From positions 4,030,001 to 4,094,000 of the forward strand of contig NC_081396.1 of NCBI RefSeq assembly GCF_030684315.1: 64,000 nucleotides of DNA, written 5' to 3'. The notes beneath the pieces are model-generated. The model searched no databases. It was not told the DNA's origin and worked only from the letters and a program-made list of their open reading frames with translations. Of the stretch, positions 26,558-38,519 are shown in pieces; position 1 is the stretch's first letter, and the number at the start of each line of letters is the position of its first letter. Made by a program: the position numbers and the translations under genes. This stretch comes from Stegostoma tigrinum (taxonomy: Eukaryota).

Positions 26558-26622
26558 TTCTATAAATTAAAGTCTCTGTACAGGAATCAAATGCAGATAA
26601 AAGGCTTTAATTTATAGAAGTA
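26555..26622. repeat. Perfect 18-bp inverted repeat with 32-nt spacer
   Basis: TACTTCTATAAATTAAAG (26555-26572) / CTTTAATTTATAGAAGTA (26605-26622). Confidence 0.92.
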
Positions 26623-28705
26623 TAGAAATCAATGGGATGTTATCACATTAACATCTTAATCACCTGGCATTAATGAGTTGATTTGGCCATTCGCATAATC
26701 AGATTTATTCTCCACCAGAATATGGTTTTGCATATTCTCCACTCAAACATTATGACCAAGAGATTTAATCAGCCCTAGTTTCATGGAAAGTGTAGGATTC
26801 CACCCCAGGAAAAGTACCAAATAAGACGTTTCAAACTTTTGAAGCGTCCATACAGGAACGATTGTTATTCCAAATAGCATAACCAGCACGTGATGGACAG
26901 AGCGAAGGGAACTTTCAATTAACATATCATATCTAACACGTCTGTGCTTTCTCATCAAATCATGAATTGAGGCGAACAAGGAAACAACTCATCCAAGCAG
27001 CAAACTCCACAGATAGTCCCATCTTCAAAGATGGAGCCTGACATATCCGCACCAATGCTAAAGTTGAAGAATTAACAGTAATCATCCACCAGAGGTGCCA
27101 AGTGGATGATACATCATGGTCTTCTCCCGTTGTCACTAATATAGCAGATAGCAGACTTCATGCATTTAGATTCTCTCCAAGGGTATTAACCTTCGGTTGG
27201 GGATGTTGGATACTGAAAAGGTTATGGGACCTGACAAGATTCTGCCATCAGTACTGACGAAACGTGCTCCAACATCCCACTCCACGAGCCAAGCCCTTAC
27301 AGCACTGTCAATGACTGGATAATGTTGAAAGGTTTTCAGTTTGGAGCAAAATACAGCCCAGCGAAATCCTGTCCCAATATGTTGCCCTCAATCATCAGTC
27401 AAGTGTTCAAAGACGCCATTAACAGTGTGACCAAGCAGTACTGGATCAGGAATCGCCTGCTCAGTGACACATTGTGTGGGCTATACAAGCGCCACTCAGC
27501 TCCTGACTGTATACAAGCCTTGGTTCAAAGATGAACAAAAACTAAGTTCCACAATTGAGGAAAGAGTGACAACAGTTGTCATCAAGCACTCATACCACCG
27601 AGTGTGGTATCGAGTGAGCTTTGGCAACACTGAATCAATGCACATCATTTCACTAACTCATTTCTGGCTGGAGACTTAACTTGCAAATAGGAAGACGGTT
27701 GTGGTTGTTTGAGTTCATTTGCCTCAGCTTCAGGACATCTCTATCACAGTTTGTGGCTCGTGTCGTTGGTCCAGTTATAAACAGTCTTCACTGGTCCAAT
27801 TATCTTCAGCTACTTCATCAGTGATCACCAGCCTATCATAAGATCAGATGTGAAATGTGCACTGTTGATGTCACAATACTCAGCATCTTCGGTAACTCCT
27901 CAGATATAGAAGTAATCTATATTGAAATTCAACAAGATCTGTCCAATATCCAGACGTAGGCTGACAATTGGCAAGGATCATTCACACCACAAAACTGCGA
28001 GAAAATCAACATTGATATTTAGAGACAATCTCACCACAGCCACCTGACATTGAACGGTGTTACCATCTCTGAATTCTCCAATCTCAAAAGTCTTGGATTT
28101 CTTATTGAATTGCAACTGAAATGGAAGCAACATATAAACGGAGTGGTGACATCATCACACCAATCTCCAGGCATACTGCGACAAGTAGCCCATCCTGCTA
28201 ATTCCCCACAGCTATCCATCATCGAAGAAGATGTGATGTCATGCCTCCCTATCTGCCTGAATTGGTGTCACGCCATTTTCACTCAAAAAGCTTGACATAA
28301 TCAGAATCAAAGCAGCCAACTTGAATGGCAGCACATCACTGAGCAACCAGTCTCTCCAAATCTGACACCGAGCTGCATATGTATATCGAATATACAGGAT
28401 ATACTGCTCAAATATACCAATATCATGAGACAGCATCTTCCTACCCCACTAGCACTTCTATCTTGAAGGATAAGAGTGTCAGAAACATTGTAACAACAAC
28501 AGCTGCTAGCTCCACCCCAAGACTCTTACCATCATTACCTGGAAGTACATCAGTACAACGAATGACTTAAAGTATATATCCTGAAAATTCCACCAGTCAA
28601 CCTCAGAGAAGATCCATGAAGCAAACTCGAGGGTTTGATAATTTGTTTAAGGAGGCATTGTGAGTAAGTGATAAGCATTCAAAAGCTGGCAGTCACTTGG
28701 CAGAG

Positions 28706-30064
28706 TGATAATGGGAACTGCAGATGCTGGAGAACGCAAGATAATAAAATGTGAGGCTGGATGAACAAAGCAGGCCCAGCAGCATCTCAGGAGCACAAAA
28801 GCTGACGTTTTGCGCCTAGACCCTTCATCAGTGAGGGGGATGGGTTGAGGGTTCTGGAATAAATAGGGAGAGAGGGGGAGGCGGATCGAAGACGGAGAGA
28901 AAAGAAGATAGGTGGAGAGGAGAGTATAGGTGGGGAGGTAGGGAGGGGATAGGTCAGCCCAGGGAAGACGGACAGGTCAAGGAGGTGGGATGAGGTTAGT
29001 AGGTAGGAGATGGAGGTGCGGCTTGGGGTGGGAGGAAGGGATGGGTGAGAGGAAGAACCAGTTAGGGTGGCAGAGACAGGTTGGACTGGTTTTGGGATGC
29101 AGTGGGTGGAGGGAAAGAGCTGGGCTGGTTGTGTGATGCATTCGGGGGAGGGGACGAACTGGGCTGGTTTTGGGATGCGGTGGAGGAAGGGGAGATTTTG
29201 AAGCTGGTGAAGTCCACATTGATACCACTGGGCTGCAGGGTTCCCAAGCAGAATATGAGTTGCTGTTCCTGCAACCTTCGGGTGGCATCATTGTGGCACT
29301 GCAGGAGGCCCATGATGGACATGTCATATAAAGAATGGGAGGGGGAGTGGAAATGGTTTGCGACTGGGAAGTGCAGTTGTTTATTGCGAACCGAGCGGAG
29401 GTGTTCAGCAAAGCGGTTCCCAAGCCTCCGCTTGGTTTCCCCAATGTAGAGGTAGCCACACCGGGTACTTTGGATGCAGTATACCTCATCGGCAGATGTG
29501 CAGGTGAACCTCTGCTTAATGTGGAAAGTCATCTTGGGGCCTGGGATAGGGGTGAGGGAGGAGGTGTGGGGCAACTGTAGCATTTCCTGCGGTTGCAGGG
29601 GAAGGGACCGGGTGTGGTGGGGTTGGAGGGCAGTGTGGAGCGAACAAGGGAGTCACGGAGAGAGTGGTCTCTCCGGAAAGCAGACAGGGGTGGGGATGGA
29701 AAAATGTCATGGCTTTAGGTGTCAGCTTGTAGATGGCGGAAGTGTCGGAGGATGATGCGTTGTGTCCGGAGGTTGGTGGTGTGGTGTGTGAGAACGAGGG
29801 GGTTCCTCTTTGGGCGGTTGTGGCGGGGGCGGGGTGTGCGGGATGTGCTGCGGGAAATGCAGGAGACGCGGTTAAGGGCGTTCTCGACCACTGTGGGGGG
29901 AAAGCCGAGGCTCCCGAAGAACTTGGACATCTGGGATGTCTCATCGTGGGAGCAGATGCAACGGAGGCAGAGGAATTGGGAATAGGGGATGGAATTTTTG
30001 CAGGAGGGTGGGTGGGAGGAGGTGTATTCTAGGTAGCTGTGGAAGTCGGTGGGCTTGAAATGTG
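28706..30064 (-). mobile_element. Young Penelope-like retroelement (GIY-YIG endonuclease, 5'-truncated) with 11-bp TSD
   Basis: ORF 29062-29583 VYCIQSTRCGYLYIGETKRRLGNRFAEHLRSV; TSD ACTTGGCAGAG at 28695-28705 and 30065-30075; hammerhead-like motif at about 28800-28832. Confidence 0.93.
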
Positions 30065-30799
30065 ACTTGGCAGAGGCAGCATTTCAGTTTCTTCCATGGT
30101 AGCCTCAGTTAATTGAAAGAATTGAAATGAAAATGCCAGCCGATTCAGCGACAATCAAGCACTTCCCAATGTTTTTGATAACCCCACATGGCTCAGTATT
30201 GTCCTTCAGAGGAGGAGGTCTGCCCGCTCTGCCTCGTCTGTCCAACTCGTTCGGCAATAAAGTGTCTGTTCTTTTACAGGCCCGAATCTGAATATAAAGC
30301 CAGTCACTCGTATTAATGCTTTTTCAGAAAGATAAACCATAATTAGTCCAGCAAGACAGTAGCTTTACTAAATGGTCAGCGATGGCCACACTCTTGGGAT
30401 GCGTAACTAACCTGTTCATATTTCAACCAAGAGTTTAAAAAGTGCAAAGTGTGCTGGAGAATAGAAATTCGAAATCAATTCAGAGTCGGGATGCTGGAAA
30501 AAGGCAATAGGTTACTCAGGTTCTGAAGAGAGATAATTTGATACCATTTTGAGATTGCTTATTTGATGCAAAGTCTCCGGCGTTCTTGTTGTAAATGTGA
30601 AAGAATTCTCACCAGTATTCCGGTCCAATATTTATTTCTGATTGAAATGTCAAATTTATTGCTCTTCTGTTTGTGACAGCTTTCTGTGCATGCCTACTAC
30701 ATTTCTATAATCAATTTGCTGTGGTAATAGCACTGGACTTGCAATTCTAAACTTCAGTCTGATGTTTAGTTGAAAGGATGTGAAATCGCATCTTTTGCT

Positions 30800-33700
30800 G
30801 TTGGTGAAATTTGAATTTAAATAAAAACTGGAATAAAAAAAAACAAGTCCAATGGGAAACATGTAACCAGAATCAATCAAAAATGCAAAAGCAATTTATC
30901 GTTCATATCTATTCGACAGGAAATCTCCAGGTTTGACTTTGTCTGGGCTTCATGTGACTTCACACGCACAGTCATGTGATTGAGTGCCTTCTGGAGTGGC
31001 AGTGACAATTGACTGAATGGCAACTTGGGACAATGACTCATTTCTGGCCAAAGCAGCAACAATTTCATTAACAGGGGGATTGAGTTTAAGAGTCGTGAGA
31101 TCTTGTTGCAGCTCTATAAAACTTTGGTTAGACGGCACTTGGAATACTGCGTCCAGTTCTGGTCGCCCTATTATAGGAAAGGTGTGGATGCTTTGGAGAG
31201 GGTTCAGAGGAGGTTTACCAGGATGCTGCCTGGGCTGGAGGGCTTATTTTATGAAAAGAGGTTGACTGAGCTCGGTCTCTTCTCATTGGAGAAAAGGAGG
31301 AGGAGAGGGAGCCTAATTGAGGTATACAAGATAATGAGAGGCATAGATCGAGTTGATAGACAAAGACTATTTCCCAGGGCAGAAATGGCTAACACGAGGG
31401 GTCATAGTTTTAAGCTGGTTGGAGGAAAGTATAGAGGGGATGTCAGAGGCAGGTTCTTTACGCAGAGAGTTGTAAGATCATGGAATACGTTGCCAGCAGC
31501 AGTTGTGGAAGCAAGGTCATTGGGGTCATTTATTAGACTGCTGGACATGCATATGGTCACAGAAATTTGAGGGTGCATGCATGAGGATCAATGGTCGACA
31601 CAACATTGTGGGCTGAAGGGCCTGTTCTGTGCTGTACTGTTCTATGTTCTATGTTCTAGCGACATTCCATGAATGAATAAAATAAAAAATAAGCATGGCT
31701 AAAACTCACAAGCTATGTCAATTAATTTCAATTGCTGTGGCACTTCCTGATGTCTCTTTCAAGTTGCTTTTTGAAAAGAAAATCTACAGTGCGCCTTTAG
31801 CAATATTGAGCTCTTCGATATGTTCCCATTAAAATGGATTAACGTTTCAATCAATTGAACGTTTACACTAAATCTAGTCGGGCATAACTTTGGCATTTAC
31901 AGTGTCTGTATGAATTCTGTGACTCAAATCCTAACCGAAATTAAGTCTTAAATTTGTGCTTATCGTTTGGATATAAATAACGTCTGTTGCAATTGATTTT
32001 CAGAAAACTTGTATTCAGTTCTCCTAACTGTCAACATGCTTAAAATAAACTTGTTTTGATTTGCAACTTTTCAATAAATAACTTCGATCATCTGGCTTTG
32101 TCTCCATCAACTCTTCGTTGAAATTAATGAAGCATGTATGTAAATAAGCACATAAATAGAACTCTCAGAATAGATCATAGAACAGCAAAAATGCAATTTA
32201 TCTTTCCCCATAAACACAGCGTGTAAGTGTTGGCAAAAATGCAAATAACTCAACAGATTTCAATCGTAGATGATATGAAACCTTCTTAAACTTTAACCTA
32301 TACGTTTATAGAATCAGAGTGATACAACCTCTAATGTACAACCAATAAATGAACCAATAATTGCGAAATTAATTGACACAGCCAATGTTTGAGTCTGTGC
32401 TTATCTATCGTTCTGACTTCTCCTGGCTTCTTTTTTTAAAATATGTGATGCCGTCTTTTCACACTCCACCATCAGTAAAAATTTTCCTCCATAACATGTT
32501 GTCAATGCCTAAACAAGATATACTTTTGTCTAACTAATGCATTTCTTTTTAGAGACATTTGAGACCATAGGGCAATTTTTTTTTCAAAAATGTATCTTTG
32601 AGTATTCAGTACCTAGGGTTTCTTGACGGGCACCGACGGAGGGGTCGTTGAACAGCATCAAAATTGTCTTGTATCGTGCCTGTGAGGCTTTACTATTCTT
32701 GTGTTGAAAGGGATTTTCATTGTATCTCACCAGTGTTGCTCATGTCTAAAGAATGCTTGATTGCACAGTGTAATGCACTTTCTGTCTATGATGAATCTTT
32801 AATGCACAGTTCATGAAATCTTGAATATTTAAGTGAAGAGGCTTCGATGTTTCAATGTGCATGTCCAAAGTGTGTGTCTATTTTTAGGGAATTTTTGATG
32901 TAGATCTATTCAGGATCCAAAACGTACTGCACTTGACACAGCAGGGATTCTATACTTCTACAATCATGTTGTTGTTTCGAACAATGTACTGGGAGATTTA
33001 TTCTGAACACAATGTGAGCTGCACAATCACTGAAAGAATCTGAAGTAACAGTGGACAGGGACCATTAACACCTACTATTGTCTTCCGAATTTCAGAATGT
33101 TTCATACCAGAATAAAATGGAACGATTTCTGACATGGAACTTTTCCGACTGAAATATCTGTTGTTTGTGTGTAGAGGTAGAAAATATATGATGTGTGTAA
33201 TGTGCATAACTTCAACAATACACATGCCAACGGTGTGTTTGATATCGGAGTTAAAATGTTATTTTACTCTGCTTTTACCTTTTCTGTAGCGCCCTTGGCT
33301 GTATTTGATAAATCTGCAAACACATTTGAAAGTGTTTGTGTTTAGTCACTGTCTTCGACAAAGGATGCAATCACATCAAAGAGGGCCAGAGGAGACCTAT
33401 GGATGCTGGCATGAAGACTTGCCTTTTTTAAATGAGGAGAAGAAATTTAAGCGCCCCTGCTGTTCTCGCAAAACATGCAATTGAGGGGAAATATAGGTCA
33501 GGCCAGTCATAATTCTGATGTCAGTAATTTAAAGCAAACGACAATTATAATGTCAAAACGATTTGAACCAGAAATTGACATTCTTCCGATGAAATTTGTT
33601 CTTCCAGTCAATGACAATATGGTTGAATAGATCTCATCCACCTCCACTTTTCAATCTTATTCTCATAAGCATAGATTCCATCACTAATTCAAAATCTGTC

Positions 33701-35350
33701 CATTTCACATTTGAAAATACCTAAGAAGCAATCTCGAAAATCTTCCATGGCAAAGATTCACTACATTCTGGGAGAAGAAAGTATCTTCTGCCTTAAATTT
33801 CTGTATTTAATTCATAGATGCCTTTGCTCCTGAAGTCTCATTGATAAGGAAACAATTGTGCATTTAGACGATCGAGGTCCCGTAAAATAATACCTACTTC
33901 AACATGTGATGACTCAATCGTCGATATTGCAATGACGACAGGCCAAAAATTCACAACCTCCACTCCCAAGACAGATCATCCATCTCCAGGATCAGTCAAG
34001 TGAAACTCCTACAGATCGCTTTGCATTCCAGTGTATCGACACTTTGATACGACGCCCAGAACAGTTCACAGTGTTCCAGTTATTGTGGGTCTAGTGCTTG
34101 CACAGTTTTAACAAAACTTATGGATTCACAGAATCATACCTTACTGAAACAAAGCCCCTCATTCCGATGTATCTGCGCCAAACATGCATGTCAATCTGGT
34201 GAATTTCCATTTGCTAGCATTTGGCTCATTCCTCTGAACTCTTCGCACTCAAAATAAAATCTAGATGCGTTTTATATGTTGTAATTGTAAACACCTTCAC
34301 CAATTCCTCTGGCAGCGGGTTCCACACACGCAGCAATCACCCCCCGATGTCCACCAGGGTGAAAGATTTACCTTCTCAGATCATTTTTAAACGTTTCACC
34401 TGTCGCCTTAATCCTATATCCTGTAGTTCTGGACTCCCACATCCCAGGAAAATGTTCTGGGTTCTTCAATCAATCAACGCTCCTTGTGATGTTATGAATC
34501 TGAATAAAGTCACATCAGCCTCCGATGCTGCAGGGGTTAAAAAAGTAATAAAACAGCCTATTCAGACCCTGTCTATAGCTACAAAACTCCAATTCTGGCA
34601 TCATCCTTGTAAACCTTTGCTTCACTGGTCTCAAGTTTAACAAATCCTTCCTATCAAAGAGCAATTAGGATTGTGCAGAGTGTTCCAAAAATGACCTCAC
34701 GGATGTCCTATATAGAAGCAACATGACATCCAAACTCCTGTATTATGACCAAAGAAGCCAAGCGTGCCAAATGCCTTCTGAACCACCCCGTCTACCTGCG
34801 ATTCCATTTTCAAGGAACTGTGCATCTGCACCCCAGGACTCTTTGATCAGCAACACTCACCAGGAGTCTTCCATTAACTGAATAAGTCCTGACCTGCTAT
34901 GCCAGACCAAATGCAACTCCTCACATTGTCTAAATTAAACGCCAACTGACACTTACAGAATTGCACTGTCATACAGCAAGAAAACAAACTCGACTGCACA
35001 ACCAATCCTTGCCGCCCACATTCCCAACCTAAATTAGTCCCACATGCCTACACTTGGGCCTTGCCAATCTTAAACTTCCTGACTCACGTTCTACAACAAA
35101 TATTTCTAAATGCTGTAATTTTATCCATATCAATCACTTCCTCTGAAACTTCATTCGGCAAATCAGCAATTCACAATATAAAATAAAAGTCATCCCGTCC
35201 TTCCTAACTGTTTCTACTCTCACAGTAAAAACATGCCAATCGTAATTTAAAAAATAAACACCACATGGAAAAAAGAAACCTGCCGTTCACCTTATCTGTA
35301 TCTCTCATGATTTTACAAAACTTCAATAAGACCACTCCGCAATCATTTCT
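30800..35350 (+). repeat. Segmental duplication copy A (paralog of about 38520-42110)
   Basis: Collinear similarity, e.g. 31660 gcgacattccatgaatgaataaaataaa..aaaactcacaagctatgtcaattaattt vs 38775 tcgacattccctaaatgaataaaataaa..aaaactcactaagctatgccaattaattt; same order of nested repeats. Confidence 0.85.
31065..31657 (+). mobile_element. Young CR1 LINE 3' end
   Basis: ORF 31103-31570 LQLYKTLVRRHLEYCVQFWSP..; (TTCTATG)n tail; absent from the paralogous site at about 38770. Confidence 0.92.
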
Positions 35351-35699
35351 GTTTGAGTGGTAAAAGCTTCACTCTATTCAGACCACCTCATTAACTGTCC
35401 ACTCCCAGAAAACGATTTAGCTTTGGGAAATGCAATTATGGAGAAACCCGAAAAGAGTAACCGGATAGAGAACAAGACCTCTTCAAGATCAATGGATCCA
35501 ACATTGCGTGGAACTGCAGATGTTGGTTCAGATACTCAAAGAGGATTTTCCGTCAGTGTCATAGTGGAGAAGGTGACATAAGCTGTGGATGTTGGTCAAA
35601 TAAGGACCGATAGCATGAACAATATCCAGATGACAGAGCAGGGTGTGTTGTAGGTCTTAAAAAGAAATAAGGTGGATAAGTCTCCGGCCCTCCATTAGG

Positions 35700-37250
35700 C
35701 GTGGCCTCGAATTTTTGGGGAAACTTGCAAAGTGATAACTGGGCACCTTCTTGAGATAGTTGCTTCATCAATAACTACAGCATGGCGACAGACTGGAGTT
35801 TAGCCACCATGGTGACACAATGAAAGAAATATTGAAAGGAAAATACAGGGATGTGTAGACAGGATCTGAGACTGACGCCTGTGCCGAGCAAGGTGTTGGA
35901 GGGGATTGTGAGGAAAATGTTTTACATGCATTTGGAAAGGCAGAAATTGGTTAGAATTCTAAATATGGCTGAGTCAATGGTAATTCGTTTCTCACTAATT
36001 TGAGTGATATTTTTGAAAGCGCGTGGAAGGGAATTGAGGAACCCAAAGCATAATACATGGTCTCTCATAAGGCTTTGAAAAGGTTTGCATGGCAGATTTG
36101 TTAACAATTTTAGAGATCATGGAATACAAGGGACGCTAATATTTGGGAAACATAAGTAACTAGATGACAGGAGACAGTGGATGGGGGTGGAGTGTTGCTT
36201 TTCAGACTGGCGTCTTATAATCAGTAGTATACTGCTCGGATTGGTGCTGGATCTTTTGCTTTTTTTTGTCATTTATGTAAATGATTTGAATGTGAATATA
36301 GCAGGAATTTTCAATAAGTTTCTGGAAGATAGCGAAATTCATCGTGAAATGGACCACGAAGAAAGTTACCTTAAGGTGTAATAAAAACGTGATAAAATGG
36401 GACATTGAGACAAAAAAGTGACAGACAGAGCAAATTTGTGTCTATTGGTACTGTTGCATTTTGATCGTACAAATCAGGGCAGAATTCGTATGCATAAGGT
36501 CCTCGGGAATGATGCCAAACAAACAGACCTTGGACTGTAGGTTCATATTTCCTCAAAAGTGGAATAACATAAATGGCAGGACAGTGAGGAGGGCATTTAT
36601 TCTGCTTACCTTTACTGGTAAGTGCAGTGAATATGGGAAATGGGACGTCATGTCAGAGTTATATAGATGTACCAAATATTGTTTTGGCCGCTTTTGGAAT
36701 ATGCATTTACTTCTGTCTCCCTGCCTGAGGAAAGATGTCTTTGAATTGAACATTTTCAGAGAGAATGTAGAAGTATTTTGCCAAATTTGGAGCGTTGTCG
36801 CATTAGGGAGAGTTCGAATAGGTTGGTATAATTTTCCTCGGAGTGTCAGAGGCTGAGTTGTGACCCTATGGAAGTTTATAAAATCATGAGGGCAATGAAT
36901 AGGGTGAATAACCAAGGTATTTTGTTCAAGTGTAGGGGTGACAAATACGAGCGAGCATAGGTTTAATTTGACAACAGAAAGATTTGGGAGAGATATAATG
37001 GGCAAATGTTTCATGGGGGTGGGGGTGTTGAATGCATGGAATGAACTGCTAGAGGAAGTCAAAGAGGTCAGTACAATTACAATACTTAAAATCACCTGGA
37101 TGCATATATGAATTGGAAAGGTTTACACGGATATGGGCAAAATGCTGGAAATTGAGGCGAGGTTAATTTAGGACATCTGGTAGCCTTTGAAAAATTCGAT
37201 GGAACAGTCTATTTCTTAGGTATACGTCTTTTTGACTCGATCCAGCCTCT
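35700..37250 (+). mobile_element. Decayed CR1 LINE
   Basis: RT and 3' remnants (ORF 36181 resembles the 'SVLGPLLFVIYINDLD' region). Confidence 0.75.
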
Positions 37251-37379
37251 CCGTATAAAGCTAAGCTTCCATGTAAATACATCTTTCCTGAGCATGCTCC
37301 AAACTAATAATATCCTTCCTATAACTTTTTCTTATATATATATCAAGTTAAAACCTGATGGCATAGTCATCATTTAACT

Positions 37380-38335
37380 GCACCCAGCCCTCAATATTGA
37401 TTCTGGAATCACGAAGTCTCATGGTTTCAGGTGAAACATGGACAAAGAAAGCACCTTCTGATTACGGTGTCTCACCTTTCTTCAGGTGATGCACAAGTAC
37501 TCCTACATGTTGAACAACATTTGGGGTAAGCATTGAAGGAGTCAATGATGCAGAATGTATCCGGGGAGTGAGAATCCAATGCACACCACTGGGCTCAGCC
37601 GCACTACTGAGCTAGTTGTTCGGGTCCTGATGGACATAACCGTTAGACTGGGCCTGCAGCTGCTGGTGAGGGAACCAACGTGCGTGAAAATATATGTTTG
37701 AACTTAGACTTCCCTACTATCTGGCTGCAGGCAATATCAAATAGGAATGATCGGCAGACAATTGTTGTGGAGATGAAGACTCAATATCATATTGAGAATG
37801 CTCTCCATTGCGTTGTTTGGCACTCTCAGCGTGCTAAATGGGAAAGACAAATTTACTCAACACTTGGCATTAATGAGGTGATTTGGCCATCGACATAATC
37901 AGAATTATTCTCCAGCGCAATCCACAACCTCATAGCTCTCACTCAAAAATGATGACCAAGAGAGGGCATCAGCCCTGGTTTAATGGAAAGTACAGGAAGA
38001 CATCCCTGGAACAGCAGTAGAGAAATGATTTCAACAGGGTCATGCTACCACAGACGGACTATTGCAATGTCAGGCAGCATAAGAAGTACGCAATGGACAG
38101 AGCTAAGCAAATAAAAAAAGTGTCAGATCTAACCGCTGTTGTGTTGCCCATCAAGGCTTGATTTGAGGTGGACACTTAAAGAACTCATCGGAGGAGCAAG
38201 CTCCACTACTATTCCCATCTTCAAAGATGGAAGAGACCAATAAATCAATGCACATGTTAAGGCTGAAGAATTGACTAAAATCATTAGCAAGAAGTGTCAA
38301 GTTAATGATCCATCCTGGCCTCCTCTCGTGATCAC
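37380..38335 (+). mobile_element. Decayed L2/CR1-clade LINE fragment
   Basis: Collinear with 25330-27150 but lacking the LTR insertion. Confidence 0.7.
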
Positions 38336-38519
38336 CAACCTGTTCCCAGTTCTGTGGAAGAGTCACCGGACTGGAAACAATAAAGTTGTTTTTCTTTTTT
38401 TTTCACAGATGCTGTCGGACGGGTGGCCTTATCCAATAACACTGTTTTTCTTCCTGTGTTACAGCTTTCACAGTTCTTATGGAGTATTATTTTACAGTAG
38501 TAATCCCACTTATTCGTGC

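Larger units (their letters stand above)
25793..26658 (-). mobile_element. Probable solo LTR (866 bp) with ATCA target-site duplication
   Basis: Absent from the paralogous LINE copy at about 37.86 kb; ATCA at 25789-25792 and 26659-26662; TG at the plus-strand start (CA at the minus-strand end); minus-strand AATAAA at 25877-25872; internal 84-bp repeats. Confidence 0.6.
25090..28600 (+). mobile_element. Decayed L2/CR1-clade LINE (endonuclease + RT), interrupted at 25793-26658
   Basis: Endonuclease and RT remnants; collinear with 37380-38335 and 16880-18450. Confidence 0.7.
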
